A stretch of 64,000 bases of DNA. Origin: Escherichia phage SP27. The notes under the pieces are model-generated. The model made no database searches and had not been told where the DNA came from. It saw only the letters and a program-made list of their open reading frames with translations. Below, in pieces: positions 21,415 to 28,654 of the stretch (its first letter is position 1; every line of letters starts with the position of its first letter). A program made the position numbers and the translations under genes. The stretch lies in sequence record LC494302.1. One strand, written 5' to 3'.

Positions 21415-21999
21415 ATGCGTAATTATACTAAATTCATCCGTACACTGTCAGAAATGGAAACCAACAAAGAGATCCTTTCAGCTTGTCGGTTAGCTGGCCT
21501 GGAGATCATCGGTGCTGGTTCTTCCCGTATAGTTTTCGCTTTAAATGATCGGTTAGTGATTAAGGTCGCGAATTGTGATGCGGGTGTAGAACAAAATGAA
21601 ACTGAATGTAAGGTATGGAATTTTTTAGACTATGACCGCCCTCAGTTGAAACAGTACTTTGCAAAGGTGCATATGCATTTATGCGATCCTGATAATATGT
21701 TTATCGTTATGGATCGGTTGAGTACTGCAAGTAAAGGCAGTGTGAAGCACGTAAACGCGTGCAATGAATTAAAGTACAATATTAAACGTAATGCAATCGA
21801 CCGCCAGCACCGCTTTGCTGATGCACTACAACACGTTGATGATACATTATCAACACTAACGATAAGAGATATCAGAAAACAGAATATCGGCCAGGATCGT
21901 AATGGACTTATTAAAGTACTTGATTACGGTTTAACCAGCAATATCTGGAATCAGTACTATAAAAAGCGTGATGTGGCAGCAAGTAAGGTAACACGATAA
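21415..21999 (+). CDS. protein-kinase-like protein (putative Ser/Thr kinase fold)
   Basis: 194 aa from MRNYTKF; SD AAGGAG; IGAGSSRIVF (Gly loop), VIKVA (Lys), DIRKQNIG (D-x-K-x-x-N catalytic loop), VLDYG (DFG-like). Confidence 0.65.
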   Translation: MRNYTKFIRTLSEMETNKEILSACRLAGLEIIGAGSSRIVFALNDRLVIKVANCDAGVEQNETECKVWNFLDYDRPQLKQYFAKVHMHLCDPDNMFIVMDRLSTASKGSVKHVNACNELKYNIKRNAIDRQHRFADALQHVDDTLSTLTIRDIRKQNIGQDRNGLIKVLDYGLTSNIWNQYYKKRDVAASKVTR

Positions 22000-22007
22000 A
22001 AAAGATT

Positions 22008-22100
22008 AAAAAAGGGATTGACTCCGGTCAGTCCCTTTGCTATTATATATCCATTGAGAGATAACTCACTGACCCATAGGGTGCGGAAGTGTATCTATTA
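22008..22100 (+). ncRNA. short promoter-driven noncoding unit (unit j), promoter embedded in terminator-like hairpin
   Basis: GGGATTGAC-TCCG-GTCAGTCCC; TTGACT 22018-22023 /17/ TATTAT 22041-22046; ...GAGATAACTCACTGACCCATAGGGTGCGGAAGTGTATCTATTA. Confidence 0.45.
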
Positions 22101-22140
22101 TATAAGTATTCAGTACTGAAAACTATTTTTAAAAAAGTAC

Positions 22141-22200
22141 TTGCATTGTACTTAGAATCAAGTATAATGTTTTATATCGAGAGGGGAAATGGTTCTCCCT
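22141..22200 (+). promoter_or_regulatory. early promoter + degenerate 5' hairpin
   Basis: TTGCAT 22141-22146 /16/ TATAAT 22163-22168; AGGGGAAA...TTCTCCCT 22182-22200 with one mismatch. Confidence 0.65.
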
Positions 22201-22219
22201 GGCAATAAGGAATAAAATC

Positions 22220-22441
22220 ATGACTACAATGACTTGCATTTACGCTTCCAATCTACTGAATGATGCGGCCTTTAATGTTGATTCAGAATATCAATGTTAT
22301 CGGGATGAAAATAAAAAAGTTTTTGTAGTTGATAATAATGGTTTCCATATTGAATTACAATCCGGCTTCACTGGTGTTGATGGTAAATCAGTATGGGGCG
22401 TACAGGATGATAAAGGCACATATCATTTTAAACGTAATTAA
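22220..22441 (+). CDS. hypothetical protein
   Basis: 73 aa; SD AAGGAA; MTTMTCIYASNLL. Confidence 0.8.
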   Translation: MTTMTCIYASNLLNDAAFNVDSEYQCYRDENKKVFVVDNNGFHIELQSGFTGVDGKSVWGVQDDKGTYHFKRN

Positions 22442-22444
22442 GTA

Positions 22445-22503
22445 TTGACAAAGTATACCAGTACTGTATAATAGTTTACATCAAGGGGAGAATAGTTCTC
22501 CCC
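22445..22503 (+). promoter_or_regulatory. early promoter + 5' hairpin cassette
   Basis: TTGACA 22445-22450 /16/ TATAAT 22467-22472; hairpin GGGGAGAA-TAG-TTCTCCCC 22485-22503. Confidence 0.75.
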
Positions 22504-22525
22504 GATACTAAAAGGAAACAAAATT

Positions 22526-22798
22526 ATGTCCAGCTACTCCGCTACTATGATCATTAAAGATATGAACGGTAATCCTACTTCTGCTGGTGGATCATTTGGA
22601 AACATTAATTTAGATGGTCGGTTATCCATGCAATCAGCAATCGATGCAGCGAAAGAAGTTTTTAAGAATGAATGTACTGTTAGTAAGCTGGATTATATGG
22701 GATTTGCTATCGAAAAAACTAATCGTTTTGTGGACTACAAAAAACCACTGATGATTGATACTAACCTGAAAGCAAACGAAGTGGAGTACTTATTATGA
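22526..22798 (+). CDS. hypothetical protein
   Basis: 90 aa; SD AAAGGAA; MSSYSATMIIKDMNG. Confidence 0.8.
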   Translation: MSSYSATMIIKDMNGNPTSAGGSFGNINLDGRLSMQSAIDAAKEVFKNECTVSKLDYMGFAIEKTNRFVDYKKPLMIDTNLKANEVEYLL

Positions 22799-22986
22799 CA
22801 GTTGAAGAAGTTAAAAAAGTACTGGCAGTACTACGCTATCATAATCATTGTAAGGTGAAGAATGATCCTGATTATCTTGATTCATCCCTGGAAGAGGATA
22901 CACTACAAGCAATAAGCCATATGCAAACATTAGCAAAGCGTATGACCGAAAAGAATAGACCGGACTATATCGGAAATAAAATTTAA
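22795..22986 (+). CDS. hypothetical protein
   Basis: 63 aa; ATGA overlap; MTVEEVKKVLAVL. Confidence 0.75.
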   Translation: MTVEEVKKVLAVLRYHNHCKVKNDPDYLDSSLEEDTLQAISHMQTLAKRMTEKNRPDYIGNKI

Positions 22987-22993
22987 AAAGTAC

Positions 22994-23054
22994 TTGCATT
23001 GTAGTTAGATTAACGTATAATGTTTTACATAGAGCGGGGGAATAGTTCTCCCGC
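22994..23054 (+). promoter_or_regulatory. early promoter + 5' hairpin cassette
   Basis: TTGCAT 22994-22999 /16/ TATAAT 23016-23021; hairpin GCGGGGGAA-TAG-TTCTCCCGC 23034-23054 (one G-U). Confidence 0.75.
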
Positions 23055-23072
23055 CAGTCCAGGAGATACACC

Positions 23073-23336
23073 ATGAACACTATCGAAATCACTATCAATG
23101 CACACGTATACGACAACGTAATCATGCAAACTACTATGACCGCTAATGATACCAGTACTTTGCGGAATACTGTTATTAGTGCCGTATGTGCCGCTATCGG
23201 TGATGTCGCCCTGGAAAATGCAGAACATATCAACAACGGTTTCACTATGTGCAAGCGTGATAACGCAAAACATATCATCGTAGAAGGTTACGGCGGTGTA
23301 GAATTTAATGTTTATATGAAAAAAGTACTTGCATAA
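23073..23336 (+). CDS. hypothetical protein
   Basis: 87 aa; SD CAGGAG; MNTIEITINAHVYDN; 3' end overlaps next promoter. Confidence 0.8.
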   Translation: MNTIEITINAHVYDNVIMQTTMTANDTSTLRNTVISAVCAAIGDVALENAEHINNGFTMCKRDNAKHIIVEGYGGVEFNVYMKKVLA

Positions 23337-23385
23337 TAACTAAAACAAAGTATAATGTTTTGCATAGGGGGAGATATCCTCCCCC
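23329..23385 (+). promoter_or_regulatory. early promoter + 5' hairpin cassette
   Basis: TTGCAT 23329-23334 /16/ TATAAT 23351-23356; hairpin GGGGGAG...CTCCCCC 23367-23385. Confidence 0.7.
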
Positions 23386-23403
23386 ACTAAAAGGAGTAAT
23401 AAA

Positions 23404-23628
23404 ATGGCTAACTTTGATGAACTGATGCGGGAAGTAGCTAACCTGGCAGAAGAGAAGAAATCATTCGATTCTATCTATAACACCGCTCATCGTGATTCAG
23501 TACTGGCATGTACTCAGGATCAAAAAGATGAACTAATCGCCACCTATCATGAAGCATGGAAGTACTACCGACAATGGGAGAAAGAAGAAAGAGAGTCTAC
23601 CATTGACGGCCTCAACAATCTAATCTAA
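23404..23628 (+). CDS. hypothetical protein
   Basis: 74 aa; SD AAGGAG; MANFDELMREVANL. Confidence 0.85.
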   Translation: MANFDELMREVANLAEEKKSFDSIYNTAHRDSVLACTQDQKDELIATYHEAWKYYRQWEKEERESTIDGLNNLI

Positions 23629-23647
23629 AAGTTTTATTTCAGTACTA

Positions 23648-23676
23648 TTGACATAGCTTGATAGTACTGATGTAAT
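23648..23676 (+). promoter_or_regulatory. type-B promoter flanked by AGTACT inverted repeat
   Basis: CAGTACTA-TTGACA 23648-23653 /17/ TGTAAT 23671-23676. Confidence 0.6.
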
Positions 23677-23704
23677 AACTTTACTAACTACAAGGGGAAA
23701 CATA

Positions 23705-23962
23705 ATGGAACAGTTCACACAATATCGGGTAAATCCTCAAGCTATGGCCTACGTAGAAGACCATAAAACATTACCAGTACTAACACCAATTAAAGGCCAT
23801 ATCTATCGTGCAATGTCATGGAATACCGCCCAGGATGGATATACTACCGCTGGCGTGGGTATGTATTGCGGGAATGGTGAATGGTTTGATCCAAATAATC
23901 CGGTAGCCATTGACAGTACTGAAAAAATGAAATGGGCCGACTACATCGAAGATATTTCATAA
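23705..23962 (+). CDS. hypothetical protein
   Basis: 85 aa; SD AAGGGGAA; MEQFTQYRVNPQ. Confidence 0.8.
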   Translation: MEQFTQYRVNPQAMAYVEDHKTLPVLTPIKGHIYRAMSWNTAQDGYTTAGVGMYCGNGEWFDPNNPVAIDSTEKMKWADYIEDIS

Positions 23963-23968
23963 AACTAT

Positions 23969-24029
23969 TTGACAGTACTAACCAGTAATGTATAATGTTT
24001 TACATAGAGCGGGGGAATAGTTCTCCCGC
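23969..24029 (+). promoter_or_regulatory. early promoter + 5' hairpin cassette
   Basis: TTGACA 23969-23974 /16/ TATAAT 23991-23996; hairpin GCGGGGGAA-TAG-TTCTCCCGC 24009-24029. Confidence 0.75.
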
Positions 24030-24051
24030 CAATAGTTTGGAGTAAAACATT

Positions 24052-24252
24052 ATGTCTATCGCTATCGCCCTGGTTGAAGTACTGAAAGAAGCTAAAGCCA
24101 ACCAGATCGACGTAAAGATCCAGGAACTACAAAACGGCGTAATCGGCTGTACTTGTACCGCTGGTGGAGCGGCAGACTATCGAGAACACGAATCACTCGA
24201 ATCACTGGTTCGGTATCTTACCATGATCGTTGATGATTGGAGAATCATCTAA
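24052..24252 (+). CDS. hypothetical protein
   Basis: 66 aa; SD TGGAG; MSIAIALVEVLKEAK. Confidence 0.8.
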   Translation: MSIAIALVEVLKEAKANQIDVKIQELQNGVIGCTCTAGGAADYREHESLESLVRYLTMIVDDWRII

Positions 24253-24264
24253 CAAAAAAGAATA

Positions 24265-24352
24265 AAAAAGGGATTGACTCCGGTCAGTCCCTTTGCTATT
24301 ATATACGCATAGACAAAAACTAGCCCACAGGGTGCATAGGTGTATCTAAAAT
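24265..24352 (+). ncRNA. short promoter-driven noncoding unit (unit k), promoter embedded in terminator-like hairpin
   Basis: GGGATTGAC-TCCG-GTCAGTCCC; TTGACT 24275-24280 /16/ TATTAT 24297-24302; CATAGACAAAAACTAGCCCACAGGGTGCATAGGTGTATCTAAA. Confidence 0.45.
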
Positions 24353-24414
24353 ATATGGTTAATAACGGTGAGTAACTATCTGCTGGTGGAGTGAAAACTA
24401 TTAATAAAAAAGTA

Positions 24415-24443
24415 TTGACAAAGTATATCAGTACTGCGATAAT
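24415..24443 (+). promoter_or_regulatory. sigma70-like promoter
   Basis: TTGACA 24415-24420 /17/ GATAAT 24438-24443; leader differs from cassette type. Confidence 0.65.
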
Positions 24444-24496
24444 GTATCTCGTAGGGCGGCAATGGTGCGACGGCCCACAAAGTTAGGAGATTCAAA

Positions 24497-24829
24497 ATGA
24501 GTACTTCAATCGCTATCGTTAAAGCTTTCATCCGTACCAATGTTTCATCTGTATTCATCGACGGTATGGATCGGGAAGTAGAATACTCAATCATTATCGC
24601 ACAGACTGCAAACGGTGCTCGGTATATCCTCAATGATAGTGAAGCAAATCACTACTACTTCACTAAAGCTACTGGCTTTAAACGCATCGATGCCGATGTA
24701 GTATACGCTAAGATGAATAAGCTGGTAGACAAGATTAACGCTAAAGGCACTATTGATTTACAGTACTGGACCGAAACCGATCCAGAATATGGATCTCACC
24801 GCTACCTGAATCCAGGTATTAAAATGTAA
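24497..24829 (+). CDS. hypothetical protein
   Basis: 110 aa; SD TAGGAG; MSTSIAIVKAFIRT. Confidence 0.85.
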   Translation: MSTSIAIVKAFIRTNVSSVFIDGMDREVEYSIIIAQTANGARYILNDSEANHYYFTKATGFKRIDADVVYAKMNKLVDKINAKGTIDLQYWTETDPEYGSHRYLNPGIKM

Positions 24830-24836
24830 AAAGTAC

Positions 24837-24898
24837 TTGCATAGTACTTAGATTCATGTATAATGTTTTACATAGAGAGGGGGAAATGGTTCTCCCTC
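24837..24898 (+). promoter_or_regulatory. early promoter + 5' hairpin cassette
   Basis: TTGCAT 24837-24842 /16/ TATAAT 24859-24864; hairpin GAGGGGGAA-ATGG-TTCTCCCTC 24877-24898 (one G-U). Confidence 0.75.
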
Positions 24899-24918
24899 CT
24901 AAATTAAGGAGTTTTATC

Positions 24919-25320
24919 ATGACCTTCTCAATCACTTCCTTCGCTGACGTTTTAGTACTGGCTCGGACTTTTGGTAAAGATGCACTGGAGTACGCTGTAA
25001 GTAATGGCACTATCCAACCGGAACAGTGCCGCATCATTGGAAACTGCAAACGTTGGGCGGTATCCAATACTATTGCACTGGAAAACTTCCACGATGGCAA
25101 CAATGAATATTCTGTTGATGTAGTATTCGAAGCCGTTGATCTCGGCGGTATCTATAATACTAACCTGAATGATGTGCGTATCGTTCGCACGGGGTTCGGT
25201 GCTTATGATGTATCTATCCGTGAAGCTATGAACACCGGATACATTAGCAAGGACTTACTTGCTCACATCATGCAGCTGTGTACGGAACGTAACGAAGCAC
25301 GTACTATCTTAGGGCTGTAA
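24919..25320 (+). CDS. hypothetical protein
   Basis: 133 aa from MTFSITSFADVLVL; SD AAGGAG; track start 24856 lies in the -10 element. Confidence 0.8.
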   Translation: MTFSITSFADVLVLARTFGKDALEYAVSNGTIQPEQCRIIGNCKRWAVSNTIALENFHDGNNEYSVDVVFEAVDLGGIYNTNLNDVRIVRTGFGAYDVSIREAMNTGYISKDLLAHIMQLCTERNEARTILGL

Positions 25321-25344
25321 GCAATACACATCACCAAACATCAT

Positions 25345-25364
25345 AGGCCGCTCTCTAGCGGCCT
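25345..25364 (+). other. GC-rich stem-loop without T tract
   Basis: AGGCCGC 25345-25351 / GCGGCCT 25358-25364. Confidence 0.5.
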
Positions 25365-25388
25365 TAACTATATCAGGAGTACATACAC

Positions 25389-25598
25389 ATGATCTATACA
25401 GTATACAGCGTCCTAGGCACTATTGCAGGCGTACATGATAACGTCGATAGTGCTATGCGTACAGTACTGCAACAGGTTCCACTAAAGCCTAAGACCATTA
25501 AGCAGATGACAGCACGACTAACCAGGGCGACCGATGGCGTGGAAGTATGGCAGGACTACGGGGATACACAGATAATCGTTAGCGTAACGAAGGATTAA
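25389..25598 (+). CDS. hypothetical protein
   Basis: 69 aa; SD CAGGAG; MIYTVYSVLGTIAG. Confidence 0.8.
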   Translation: MIYTVYSVLGTIAGVHDNVDSAMRTVLQQVPLKPKTIKQMTARLTRATDGVEVWQDYGDTQIIVSVTKD

Positions 25599-25626
25599 TG
25601 CGTAAAGGGATCTAGTACTGATTCAG

Positions 25627-25692
25627 AAAAAAGTCAAGGCGTTTTTAAAATTATGCGTTAAAAAAATGCATAGGTAATCCCTTGACTTTTTT
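25627..25692 (+). terminator. long-loop hairpin with flanking A and T tracts (possible bidirectional terminator)
   Basis: AAAAAAGTCAAGG 25627-25639 is the perfect complement of CCTTGACTTTTTT 25680-25692. Confidence 0.5.
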
Positions 25693-25789
25693 GAAATAAA
25701 AGGGATTGGACTATGGCAAAATGCGTAGGGGGCTAAAGGGCGGGTAACCTTAGCGACTTCGATAAAGGGGTATTACGAATAAAATGTTA

Positions 25790-25817
25790 TTGATTTTTTA
25801 TACGAATCGTATATTAT
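25790..25817 (+). promoter_or_regulatory. sigma70-like promoter of Fam-B array
   Basis: TTGATT 25790-25795 /16/ TATTAT 25812-25817; SD GGAG 25839-25842; ATG 25848. Confidence 0.55.
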
Positions 25818-25847
25818 AGGATTGATATTATTTTTAATGGAGTCCCT

Positions 25848-26045
25848 ATGCGTATTTTAACTAAAGAACAGCACCACGAAAGACTTATCAATAACATGGC
25901 TATGATAATGTATAAGTCCCATGACCGTGGTATTGCCTATAAGCGTGAATTAATTATGGCACTATTCATTGGAACTAACTTTCAGGAAAGGTATGTCAAC
26001 GATTGGATTTGGTATTTAATTGAAGATATAACGAGTAAACTATGA
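25848..26045 (+). CDS. Fam-B protein
   Basis: 65 aa; FIGTNFQERYVNDWIWYLIEDITSKL. Confidence 0.85.
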   Translation: MRILTKEQHHERLINNMAMIMYKSHDRGIAYKRELIMALFIGTNFQERYVNDWIWYLIEDITSKL

Positions 26046-26242
26046 AAATGCGTATTTTAAATAAAGAAGAATATCAATCACTGTTACGTAAAAACTTCAC
26101 AAAGATTTATAATACAGACACACACGTAGAACGAATGGAGTTATACCTTTTGATTACTTTGGGAACTAACTATCAGGAAAGATGGGTGATTCAATATATG
26201 GATACATTGAAAAATAAAATATTGTCCACGAGGAAACAATGA
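26042..26242 (+). CDS. Fam-B protein
   Basis: 66 aa; ATGA overlap; LGTNYQERWVIQYMDTLKNKI. Confidence 0.85.
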   Translation: MKMRILNKEEYQSLLRKNFTKIYNTDTHVERMELYLLITLGTNYQERWVIQYMDTLKNKILSTRKQ

Positions 26243-26448
26243 AAACTATAACACGAACCCAATCATACGGTCTTATCTTGAAATACATGGACTTAATGGT
26301 GGATATCAGCAAAGACCTTCCTAAAACTGAAATTGAAGTTGCAAGAGCAGAGATCCGCATGTTGGCTGTACTGAACACAAACCATCAGGAAGATTATGTT
26401 GAAGAATGGATTCGATTTTTAATTCAAGATATAAAGAGTAAATTATGA
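26239..26448 (+). CDS. Fam-B protein
   Basis: 69 aa; ATGA overlap; LNTNHQEDYVEEWIRFLIQDIKSKL. Confidence 0.85.
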   Translation: MKTITRTQSYGLILKYMDLMVDISKDLPKTEIEVARAEIRMLAVLNTNHQEDYVEEWIRFLIQDIKSKL

Positions 26449-26657
26449 TTTTTTTAACACCAGAAGAATATAAGAAACGTTTCAATTCCGCACAGGGTGA
26501 AATCTTACTTATATACCTTTCAAATGCAGACCTTAACTTATCAAGGGTATTAGAAAAAGATTTACTTATGGGTGCATTCCTTGATACAGACTTTCAGGTG
26601 TATTATGTAGGGGAATACTTAATTGCACTCCAGAATTACATTAAGAGTAAACTATGA
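26445..26657 (+). CDS. Fam-B protein
   Basis: 70 aa; ATGA overlap; LDTDFQVYYVGEYLIALQNYIKSKL. Confidence 0.85.
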   Translation: MIFLTPEEYKKRFNSAQGEILLIYLSNADLNLSRVLEKDLLMGAFLDTDFQVYYVGEYLIALQNYIKSKL

Positions 26658-26866
26658 ATAGCATTAACTCAAATCTATATACCGAACGCGTCGCGGCCAG
26701 ACAACTTGAAATTCTCATAGTATATGAAGAGACTGATGATTTAAACTTAGCATTAGTATTGGAAAATGATATACTATTGGGTGCATTCCTCGGCACAGAC
26801 TATCAGGAGCACTTCTTGAATGAGTATATAATTGCACTCCAGAAATACATTAAGAGCAAACTATGA
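26654..26866 (+). CDS. Fam-B protein
   Basis: 70 aa; ATGA overlap; LGTDYQEHFLNEYIIALQKYIKSKL. Confidence 0.85.
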   Translation: MNSINSNLYTERVAARQLEILIVYEETDDLNLALVLENDILLGAFLGTDYQEHFLNEYIIALQKYIKSKL

Positions 26867-27081
26867 AACATTTAAGTAATTACGAGAAGAATAAAATTAT
26901 CGTTGCTGCAATAAACAAATATTTTACACTTCCTCACACAGAAGGTTTATGTGTAAGGGAACACAGGATAAACACCACCGATATACGCATGATGGCTGTA
27001 CTGGGGACGAACTTTCAGGAAGAGTATGTTGTTGCACACATAGTTGCCCTCACTGATCTAATAAGGGACAAATGTAAATGA
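26863..27081 (+). CDS. Fam-B protein
   Basis: 72 aa; ATGA overlap; LGTNFQEEYVVAHIVALTDLIRDKCK. Confidence 0.85.
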   Translation: MKHLSNYEKNKIIVAAINKYFTLPHTEGLCVREHRINTTDIRMMAVLGTNFQEEYVVAHIVALTDLIRDKCK

Positions 27082-27335
27082 AACACTTAACTGATGATGA
27101 ATTTGAAACTATAATTCGTAAACTAACCCCCATCACAAGGATAGTCTACGGTGACCCCAGCCTTACATGGAACCAAATGCGAGCTAAAGTTAATGAGCTA
27201 TGGTTGCTGTACTTTATGGGGACTCAATATCAAGATAAGTTTTGCACAGAATATATCGAACAATTAACGAATGTTATACAGGATAAACTAGATGATTATT
27301 TGCTCACAAAACATGAAGACTTTATCAGGAGTTGA
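27078..27335 (+). CDS. Fam-B protein (C-terminally extended)
   Basis: 85 aa; MGTQYQDKFCTEYIEQLTNVIQDKL plus a 14-aa tail beyond the usual stop position. Confidence 0.8.
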   Translation: MKHLTDDEFETIIRKLTPITRIVYGDPSLTWNQMRAKVNELWLLYFMGTQYQDKFCTEYIEQLTNVIQDKLDDYLLTKHEDFIRS

Positions 27336-27564
27336 GTATCAAACTGCCCTATTCTCTTTAATCCATGCCCTTAGAAAAAACAATGCCTTATATGGTGCAC
27401 CTGAAGTGGATGTTATCAACGGTGAACTTTATCTTATGAAATTCATTGGAACAAACTATCAAGATCTGTTCATTCAACGATACTTATCAGCATTAAGAAA
27501 CCAAATCCAATATAAAACCATCAAGGCCAAAAAAGAATGGAATAAACAATGCGACACAGACTAA
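27313..27564 (+). CDS. Fam-B protein
   Basis: Start MKTLSGVEY fits the family N-terminus (alternative ATG 27292); IGTNYQDLFIQRYLSALRNQI. Confidence 0.75.
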   Translation: MKTLSGVEYQTALFSLIHALRKNNALYGAPEVDVINGELYLMKFIGTNYQDLFIQRYLSALRNQIQYKTIKAKKEWNKQCDTD

Positions 27565-27797
27565 ATCACAAAATGTATTGTAAACTATTGCAGACATTGG
27601 CACAGAAACACTATGACACGGTATCTGGAATATTACCCTATGATATCATGCGTTTACTTCACTGTGAGGCCGAGATGCTTGTACTGATGACAGGCACTGA
27701 TAAAAACGCAATTGCCAAATCAATAGATATGTTCATCGAAGCACACTGCCAACACATGAGAACCGAAATCTGGAGGAAAGAGAATGATAATCCTTAA
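27549..27797 (+). CDS. Fam-B protein (divergent)
   Basis: 82 aa; MTGTDKNAIAKSIDMFIEAH. Confidence 0.75.
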   Translation: MRHRLNHKMYCKLLQTLAQKHYDTVSGILPYDIMRLLHCEAEMLVLMTGTDKNAIAKSIDMFIEAHCQHMRTEIWRKENDNP

Positions 27798-27999
27798 TGA
27801 GTATCAGTATCATTGGAGGTTACAAACTATCAAATCAAAAGTGTATAGTATTGTGTTAAACAAATCTATTGCACAAGAGGACAAATGTGTTATAATAGCT
27901 GAAATGAAGTTGGGTGTATTCGTAGGGACAAACTATCAAAACATCTACACTGACGTATTGTTAAGTGCCTTACGTAACAAGGTGGTATCCAAAATATGA
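27784..27999 (+). CDS. Fam-B protein
   Basis: 71 aa; VGTNYQNIYTDVLLSALRNKVVSKI. Confidence 0.85.
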   Translation: MIILNEYQYHWRLQTIKSKVYSIVLNKSIAQEDKCVIIAEMKLGVFVGTNYQNIYTDVLLSALRNKVVSKI

Positions 28000-28214
28000 G
28001 AAATTTACAAGGCTTTGAATACATCAGACTCCTGAAAACATGTGGAAGCAGAAGGAGAATGATATCAAGCGATAAGAGCATCCAAGCTAACCTTAAGCAC
28101 GCACTAGTAACTGAACTCTATGTAGGTGCACTCTTAGGCACAAACTATCAACAAATGTATGTAGATCTATGGATTGACGCTCTACAGAAAGAGGTTAAAA
28201 GTAAATGCAAATGA
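27996..28214 (+). CDS. Fam-B protein
   Basis: 72 aa; ATGA overlap; LGTNYQQMYVDLWIDALQKEVKSKCK. Confidence 0.85.
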   Translation: MRNLQGFEYIRLLKTCGSRRRMISSDKSIQANLKHALVTELYVGALLGTNYQQMYVDLWIDALQKEVKSKCK

Positions 28215-28423
28215 TTAATTTAAGTAAAGACGAATTTTATGTTATACTGGCGAAAACTTATCCAGCACGTAAGGCCGTTTATGATAGTCACATTATTGAA
28301 CCCTCAAAGAAGTTGATTTTAGTAAATGAGATAAAGATGCTTTCAGTCTTAGGAACAAACTATCAAGAGAATGCTGTACTGATGTTAATTGATGCCCTCC
28401 AGAGAGAGGTTAAACGTAAATGA
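28205..28423 (+). CDS. Fam-B protein
   Basis: 72 aa; MQMINLSKDEF; LGTNYQENAVLMLIDALQREVKRK. Confidence 0.85.
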   Translation: MQMINLSKDEFYVILAKTYPARKAVYDSHIIEPSKKLILVNEIKMLSVLGTNYQENAVLMLIDALQREVKRK

Positions 28424-28650
28424 AAATGATTAATTTAACTTACCATGAATATCAAAAACGTTTAAATGCATCCAGAGATATAAGGATTCAAATATTCAAT
28501 AACAAAAAATTGAAACCTGATACCAGAAGAATCAAAATCATAGAAGCCGTGTTGTGTAACTTCCTAGGGACTAACTATCAGGAAGGTAAGGTAGAAAACT
28601 ATCTTATAGAACTCATGAATAGTATTGAAAATAAATGTAAGGGTAATTAA
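28420..28650 (+). CDS. Fam-B protein
   Basis: 76 aa; ATGA overlap; LGTNYQEGKVENYLIELMNSIENKCKGN. Confidence 0.85.
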   Translation: MKMINLTYHEYQKRLNASRDIRIQIFNNKKLKPDTRRIKIIEAVLCNFLGTNYQEGKVENYLIELMNSIENKCKGN

Positions 28651-28654
28651 CATG
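28621..28654 (+). repeat. 34-nt direct repeat, copy 1 (3' end of 28420..28650 plus next start)
   Basis: AGTATTGAAAATAAATGTAAGGGTAATTAACATG, identical to 28890-28923. Confidence 0.9.

Noticed and set aside
22811-23278. 155-aa minus-strand ORF (and the 82-aa minus ORF at 23025-23273)
   Set aside because: It lies antisense to two well-supported + genes and to a promoter/hairpin cassette. It has no SD. Its sequence is the mirror image of the + strand cassette (for example it reads through the hairpin). No other minus-strand gene in the window is supported apart from the fragment at 1-46.
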